IMG/VR virus record: IMGVR_UViG_3300044644_001125
Span: 248,001 to 312,000 of that record
DNA length: 64,000 nucleotides
Direction: 5' to 3' (one strand)
In this document: positions 60,500 through 64,000 of the stretch, piece after piece
Position numbering within the stretch: the first letter of the stretch is position 1
Layout: every line of letters starts with the position of its first letter
Position numbers and translations under genes: made by a program
Notes under the pieces: model-generated
The model's input: only the letters and a program-made list of their open reading frames with translations
What the model was told of the DNA's origin: nothing
The model's database searches: none

Positions 60500-60526
60500 G
60501 TTGTCTAAAAGATGATTGAAAAACAG

Positions 60527-60554
60527 TTGACATTCCAAAATAAGCCTGTATACT
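60527..60554 (+). promoter_or_regulatory. Sigma70-type promoter for the DUF1566-like triplet
   Basis: TTGACA-16-TATACT. Confidence 0.7.
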
Positions 60555-60587
60555 ACGCACAACTTAAACAAAATTAGAGAAACTATC

Positions 60588-60884
60588 ATGAAATTCGAAA
60601 TAGCACCTAAATCAACTGAGATAGAATCCAACTGGTTTGATGCAAAACTCTATTGCTTCTCCCTTAACATAGATGGTAAGACTGGTTGGAGATTACCAAC
60701 AAGGGCAGAACTAAATGAAATTTATGAATCTGATAATGATTTCGTTATTTGCACCTACTACTGGACATCTGCTGAATTTAGCGGCACCGGTGCTTGGACT
60801 CAACTATTCATTAATGGGATCCAGAACTTCCGCACGAAGGATTACGACAAAAATCAGGTTAGAGCAGTAAGGGACTTAGCATGA
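60588..60884 (+). CDS. Short DUF1566/Lcl-like (CLec-fold) protein 1
   Basis: W.DA..YC..L...GWRLPT..EL..YWTS..AW...F..G.Q....K....VRAVR. Confidence 0.8.
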   Translation: MKFEIAPKSTEIESNWFDAKLYCFSLNIDGKTGWRLPTRAELNEIYESDNDFVICTYYWTSAEFSGTGAWTQLFINGIQNFRTKDYDKNQVRAVRDLA

Positions 60885-61177
60885 AATTTGAAATAGCACC
60901 GAAAGAAACAGAGACCCAAGCCAATTGGGATGATGCCCGTTTGTATTGCTTTGCTCTTAATATAGATGAGAAAGTTGGCTGGAGATTACCTACTATTAAA
61001 GAGTTAAACTATATAAATCGTGTGATTAATGATCTTTCAACCGAAGATTACTGGTCATCAATAGAACGACCAGACAAAAGATACGCAGAATGCTATACCA
61101 CAATCGATGGTGGTTATACGGTCAATACATTAAAACACGATTTAGGCTATGTTAGCGCAGTAAGGGACTTAGTATGA
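60881..61177 (+). CDS. Short DUF1566/Lcl-like protein 2
   Basis: MKFEIAPK..GWRLPTIKEL..YWSS..VSAVRDL; ATGA overlap. Confidence 0.8.
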   Translation: MKFEIAPKETETQANWDDARLYCFALNIDEKVGWRLPTIKELNYINRVINDLSTEDYWSSIERPDKRYAECYTTIDGGYTVNTLKHDLGYVSAVRDLV

Positions 61178-61473
61178 ACTTTGAAATAGCACCCAAAGAA
61201 TACGAGATACGAGGAAACTGGGATGATTCCAGATTCTATTGCTTTGCTCTTAATATAGATGGAAAATCAGATTGGAGATTACCAACTAAAGAAGAACTTA
61301 ACGAAATCTTCCAATCAGCACATGATTTCGAGGATGGCTCGTATTGGTCTTCTACTCCTTCCGATGTTGATGAGGTAGGCGTGCGGGTTCAAATATTCGA
61401 TACTAGTGGATTCGAATACTCCGCAATAAAGTCCAGTCCCTACGGATATACCAGAGCCGTCAGAACAATCTAA
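61174..61473 (+). CDS. Short DUF1566/Lcl-like protein 3
   Basis: MNFEIAPK..DWRLPTKEEL..YWSST..TRAVR; ATGA overlap. Confidence 0.8.
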   Translation: MNFEIAPKEYEIRGNWDDSRFYCFALNIDGKSDWRLPTKEELNEIFQSAHDFEDGSYWSSTPSDVDEVGVRVQIFDTSGFEYSAIKSSPYGYTRAVRTI

Positions 61474-61548
61474 TCGTTGCGAGCCACAAACCAGTAAAAT
61501 CCCACCAGATAAATAGGTTCACTACCAACCAAAACAAGTGAACCTACA

Positions 61549-62070
61549 ATGACCAGCAAATCAAAAAACAAAGGCAATACATGGGAACGTGAGATTGCAA
61601 ATCACTTATCCTCCATTTACAATCTAAAATTTTTAAGATGCCAAGGTAGCGGAGCATTCGTCGGAGGTAAAAACACACAGCGAAAAGCAGTATTAGATGC
61701 TGGTCAAATCCAAAGTTTCAAAGGTGATATTATCCCACCAACCGAATGGACTTCCTTTAACAGTGAAGCCAAGAACTATGCAGATTTTCCTTTTCATCAG
61801 TTATATTCAGGTGAAGTCAAACAACTTGAAACTTGGCTAGGTCAATTGGTTCAAGTGGCAGATCCAAATGATATGAATATCCTCATGTTTAAGATCACAC
61901 GTAAAGGAAAGTACGTTGCGGTTGAATCTGACAAAGGATGGGACATATCACATCCTCATACCAATTACACTTCAGTTAAGTTTGGCAACTGGCAAATCTT
62001 TGATTATGATTCTTTTTGGCAACATAATCATCAATTAGTCAAGCAATTAAGCACTATTTCGCCAGACTAA
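61549..62070 (+). CDS. Holliday junction resolvase-like PD-(D/E)XK nuclease (Hjc type)
   Basis: SKNKGNTWERE..SGA..GDI..EAKNY. Confidence 0.75.
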   Translation: MTSKSKNKGNTWEREIANHLSSIYNLKFLRCQGSGAFVGGKNTQRKAVLDAGQIQSFKGDIIPPTEWTSFNSEAKNYADFPFHQLYSGEVKQLETWLGQLVQVADPNDMNILMFKITRKGKYVAVESDKGWDISHPHTNYTSVKFGNWQIFDYDSFWQHNHQLVKQLSTISPD

Positions 62071-62103
62071 ATATCATTTTATTATTTCTCAAAAACTAAT
62101 ACT

Positions 62104-62523
62104 ATGAAAGATAAGGTAATCGTATATACTGATGGTGGGTGCATTCCTAATCCCGGAAAGGGTGGTTGGGGTGCTGTACTTATGTGCAACAACAAAGAAA
62201 AAGAACTCTTTGGTGGTGTAGATGGTACTACTAATAACCGCATGGAACTAATGGCAGCAATCCAAGCATTAAATGCCTTAACCAGACCATGTGATGTCAC
62301 AATCTATAGTGATTCAAAATATGTTGTAGATGGAATCACTAAATGGTATCCCAATTGGATTAAGAACGGTCGTACCAATTTCGTTAATCCAGACTTATGG
62401 CATGCACTGGCTGCAGCAGCTAAACCTCACAATGTCACTTGGCAATGGATCAAAGGCCATTCAGGAATTCCTGGCAATGAACGTGCCGATGAACTGGCTA
62501 TGCGAGCTATTGAGTATTGTTAA
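62104..62523 (+). CDS. rnhA: Ribonuclease HI
   Basis: [46 protein letters not shown]. Confidence 0.95.
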   Translation: MKDKVIVYTDGGCIPNPGKGGWGAVLMCNNKEKELFGGVDGTTNNRMELMAAIQALNALTRPCDVTIYSDSKYVVDGITKWYPNWIKNGRTNFVNPDLWHALAAAAKPHNVTWQWIKGHSGIPGNERADELAMRAIEYC

Positions 62524-62611
62524 CTGTTTGTTGACTATTATTTTCTTAATAGTTAACAATAAGTGCTGTTTTTCTCTACTAAATAGAGTATAATCAATCT
62601 ATATCAGAACA

Positions 62612-62801
62612 TTACCGAGACCATCTCAAATATATTTTCACAAAAGTGTTGACAACAGGGATTAACTAAGTTACAATTAATCATACTAAAGAATTACCCA
62701 AAAGCAGTTTACCGAGACCATCTCAAATCCATACCGACACCAAGTCTATATTTTCTTTTACTTACAGAGACCATCTCAAATCATTACCGACACCAAGTCT
62801 A
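62612..62801 (+). repeat. Direct repeats: TTACCGAGACCATCTCAAAT x3 and TACCGACACCAAGTCTA x2
   Basis: Copies at 62612, 62709 and 62762; the last two are 40-nt composites. Confidence 0.9.
62649..62677 (+). promoter_or_regulatory. Sigma70-type promoter with no ORF downstream
   Basis: TTGACA-17-TACAAT. Confidence 0.75.
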
Positions 62802-62849
62802 CTCGCACAAAAGCAATTACTCAATTATCTTTTAGGCACCCGCCAAACT

Positions 62850-63345
62850 TGCTCACCGAATTACTAGATAGAACATAGAAAGGTGAGAGAATTGCTAAGA
62901 AAGCCGCGCACAGGCGACCATTACGTGCCCTTAAACCCTGGTCTACTTGAATCACAGGGGATGGAAGTTCCGACATTAGCAACGGAGATATAGTTCACTA
63001 CCCCACCAGATGAGTTATGGGATATGCCTTCATACAACCCATTTGAACTATAGCAAAAACGAATAACCAAGGCTAAAGATGGGTTGAGAAAACCCACGTT
63101 TACTAGATAAGGTAGCTGTTGTCTAGTAAGCCACCGTCAGATTAATAAGACTGAGCTCGAGGTACCGGCTGACCGCCTCTGTAATGCTCTACATGCTACT
63201 GTGATGCGATGCTTGTACGCAGAACCCTTGGACGTTTCAGTTCCACAATTAGAAATGTCCATTGTCCTTTGAATTAACCCGAGTTTTTCGGGTTAAGATG
63301 TTCAGCTCCACAACCCGCAGTGAGGGCTCCGCTGGCGCGTCGCTT
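62850..63345 (+). ncRNA. Putative large structured non-coding RNA; family not identified
   Basis: GC-richer ORF-free tract with many helices: 62852/62882, 62989/63044, 63080/63091, 63100/63120, 63153-63189 nested, 63230/63252, 63274/63288; upstream promoter. Confidence 0.7.
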
Positions 63346-63405
63346 TAATAATAGATTTAATTATTGATTTTAATAATTGTAGGAGCATATAAGATTAAAT
63401 GAATT

Positions 63406-63911
63406 CTAAAAGATAATGTACCTAATAGATACCTGCTTAAGCCACGCGCACATACATTTTTAGATGCATTCGAACCCATACATTTTAGCTGTTTCCATTC
63501 GCGCACATACATTTTAGATTCCATTATAGCTTTTTACCAGATGCACACATACATTATAAACTCCATACGAACACATACATTTTAAACTAAAAGATAATTC
63601 AATTAATAACTCAACTATAAGATCATCTATAAGACCATTAATATAAACATCAATAAGAACATCATAACTAAAAGATAATAGATCAGTAATTCACATCATC
63701 TATAAGACAATTATCTTTTAGTAATCGACATCATCTATAAGACAATCATTAATACATTATCTTTTAGTATTATTCTTTTAAATGGATAGCTACGTCTGGA
63801 GTTTATTCATTATCTTTTAGTTTCTATTATCTTTTAATGGATAACTGCGTCTAGTGGTTTCTATTATCTTTTAGTAATGATCATCAGGTGGATGGGTTCA
63901 TTATCTTTTAG
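63406..63911. repeat. AT-rich iteron-like cluster (candidate replication origin)
   Basis: CTAAAAGATAAT x3 (+) then ATTATCTTTTAG x6 (one variant); CACATACATT-type unit x5; CATCTATAAGAC x3. Confidence 0.8.
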
Positions 63912-63954
63912 TGCGTTCGTCAAATAAATAGGTTCCGGTTCATCGCGGGTTTGC

Positions 63955-63962
63955 TATAAATA
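63955..63962 (+). promoter_or_regulatory. T4-type late promoter for a gene starting at 63998, beyond the window
   Basis: Perfect TATAAATA, AAGGA RBS, ATG at 63998. Confidence 0.65.
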
Positions 63963-64000
63963 CTTGCAATACCCCATTCGAATAAGGAACCCAATCAATG

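Noticed and set aside
301-62593. Many antisense or overlapping ORFs in the track (e.g. 3330-3911, 26624-27226, 24875-25357, 52299-52724)
   Set aside because: Shadow frames of well-supported genes, with no RBS or recognisable motifs
62612-62801. Possible mini CRISPR array
   Set aside because: Spacing is irregular (97 and 53 nt), the 'spacers' repeat each other, one contains a promoter, and no cas genes are present
62985-63000. GATATAGTTC resembles the group I intron P7/S element
   Set aside because: It pairs locally with TGAACTATA, no matching R element was found, and there are no flanking exons
62104-63345. Retron-like system (RNase H plus ncRNA)
   Set aside because: No reverse transcriptase in the window and no msr/msd-type terminal inverted repeats recognised

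Overview
This is a 64-kb AT-rich segment of a large, probably jumbo, T4-related myovirus genome read in the standard genetic code. No tRNA, rRNA or CRISPR array was seen. From left to right: (1) 1-6.7 kb is a cluster of probable head-packaged proteins with (I/L)-X-E processing-type leaders. It holds three tandem ART-PolyVal-like ADP-ribosyltransferase paralogs and a fourth, broken copy interrupted by a solo tnpB element. (2) 7-20 kb is a replication module. Its family-B DNA polymerase is fractured inside the catalytic YxDTD/S motif into two genes carrying the halves of a Ser-initiated split intein, with a free-standing zinc-ribbon/PD-(D/E)XK endonuclease gene between them. A sliding clamp, a phosphoribosyltransferase and a FEN-type RNase H follow. 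(3) 20-55 kb is a minus-strand baseplate/tail-fibre operon that includes a 4529-aa wedge protein. (4) 55-62.5 kb encodes a gp55-like late sigma factor, gp47/gp46, three tandem DUF1566-like paralogs with DGR-target-like C-termini, a Holliday junction resolvase and RNase HI. (5) 62.5-64 kb is a 1.4-kb non-coding locus: a strong sigma70-type promoter, repeated ACCA-loop mini-hairpins, a ~500-nt highly structured putative RNA and an AT-rich cluster of CTAAAAGATAAT boxes that switch orientation (candidate RNA-primed origin). Two window-wide DNA motifs stand out: the CTAAAAGATAAT box (in promoter spacers, before terminators and in the origin-like cluster) and a covarying GCGA-stem-GNNA-stem-GAGC hairpin. 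All family assignments come from motif recognition by eye, not database searches.
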